Shown here piece after piece: positions 62,500 through 64,000 of a stretch of DNA of 64,000 bases. This DNA comes from Camelus ferus (taxonomy: Eukaryota): assembly GCF_009834535.1 (NCBI RefSeq), contig NC_045697.1, positions 103,170,001-103,234,000 on the forward strand. Reading direction: 5' to 3'. The stretch's first letter is position 1. Every line of letters begins with the position of its first letter. The notes under the pieces were generated by a model, which was not told the origin of the DNA, ran no database searches, and saw nothing but the letters and a program-made list of their open reading frames with translations. The position numbers were made by a program, and so were the translations under genes.

Positions 62500-63070
62500 A
62501 CCAATAGTCATCCTCAACTTCCCCTCTTCCGTGTTTATTCCCACTGTAGAGGCAGCTGGGGTGGCCATGTGCTAAAATTCTGGCCAGTGAGAAGGCTTCT
62601 GCTTTCCTGATAAAGGGAAAGATATGCACTATTATTTACAAAATAGATAAGCAACAAGGACCTACTGTATAGCACAGGGAACCATATTCAATATCTTGTA
62701 ATAAACCATAATGGAAAAAAATCTGAAAAAAAAATGTATTACTGAATCACTTTGCTGTATACCTGAAACTAACACAACATTGTAAATCAACTATACTTCA
62801 ATTAAAAAAGAAAGAAATACACATTTGATGTTGGCCCTTTCTCTCTTTTTCTTGCTTTAATGACAGAGGAAATGCCTGGGATTATGGCAGCCATTTTGTG
62901 CATATGAGGCCTGAGGATGAAAGCCAATCTGCTAAGGATGAAGAAAGGGAAAGATGGGAAAAGTCTGAGTCTTTGATGGCACCTTCCAGTAGCAGAAACC
63001 ACCCACTCTGGACTTACTTGTTATGTGAGGAAATTAAACCCATTTGTTTCGGCTACTGTTAGCTGAGTCT
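62500..63070 (+). mobile_element. MLT1J-like MaLR LTR interrupted by a cetartiodactyl L1 3' end (~62622-62815)
   Basis: MLT1 motifs (ggtggccatgtg..aattctggcca; ggcagccattttg; ctggacttacttgttatgtgag) flanking gataagcaacaaggacctactgtatagcacagggaacc...aatcaactatacttcaattaaaaa. Confidence 0.7.
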
Positions 63071-64000
63071 TCCCTTATGATATTCTTTACTGAAACTCCT
63101 CCCTCCCATGGTAACTCTTGGTCTTAAGACTTTGAGTGTTAGGTCTGGTCTTTGACAAGCTTTATTCCAAACTCTTGCATCTTGTGAAGAACTCTCCACA
63201 TTGTCAACAGCAGTAAGTGTACAGCCAGCTGAGCACATTTCCGTCTTAATTATCTTTTGTTCTGCTAAAAAACAACTTTAAAAAATTTTCTTTTAGATTA
63301 TTAAGGAATTTGCTTTTTAAAAATTTTTTACTGAAACATAACATGTAACAGAAAAATTCACATAACACTAATTGTTTTCAAATGAGCCCAAAGTCAGGAA
63401 AAATTTATACTTTAATGTAAGTTATACTTTACATATAAGAAATACTATAGGTATTATTATTTTTTTAAAAATTGCTCTTCTTCATCTTTGTTCCCATATC
63501 CCTTCTGTTTCATTATTTTAAGAAGCTGTGAATGATTTTCTTCATTTCTTTTATAGTGAAATAAAAATATTTGTTCAATGATTATATATATTTTTATACA
63601 GTGTCTCAGAGGATTTTGTCTCCTATAATACACTTTATTTCCCTTTACCCTCTTTTACTCTGATTCCTGAGATATCCATAAATTGTTCCCATAAATTCCT
63701 GGCTACTCAGTACAGTTTGATCAGATATTTTTCTCTCTCCTTTTTCACCCATGCTCATTGCTTTGAATGCCATTTGGGTCTTTCCTTCTTCCTTAAATAA
63801 ATTTTTGTATTTGCTTTAAGTGAAGTAAACAGGTGCACGGGTGTGAGCATTTTTATCCCTTACAGCATAGTTCGGAAAATAAGAACAGGGTGTTTGGAGA
63901 GTCACCCCATCTTAGCAGTCCCAATACAAGGCTCTCAGTTTTCCTTTATGGTGAACTGAGGTCACTCATTCATAAAGGTAAGGCTGAATGACCAAGAGAC

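Overview
Mammalian genomic DNA, very probably a camelid (Vic-1-type tRNA-derived SINEs, cetartiodactyl L1 3' ends). It holds the 3' ends of two convergent genes. On the + strand are the last four coding exons of C4orf51 (14234-19082), immediately followed by an orphan CpG island. On the - strand is the 3' part of the C2H2 zinc-finger gene ZNF827: five internal coding exons (43554-58113), two small alternative exons (41857-41923 and 41540-41572), a terminal exon encoding five more zinc fingers (39259-40087) and a ~3.1 kb 3' UTR. The rest is intron and intergenic DNA rich in L1, L2, MIR, MaLR and Tigger/hAT relics. The most interesting signal is a compact splicing switch at the ZNF827 C-terminus: a 33-nt exon has an internal GTGAGT donor overlapping its stop codon, giving an in-frame 12-nt microexon. 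Also notable are seed sites for all four miR-17~92 families in the UTR and an unexplained 34-bp inverted repeat pair ~1.9 kb apart. No prokaryotic-type system or CRISPR is present. Gene and repeat-family names come from recognition, not from a database search.
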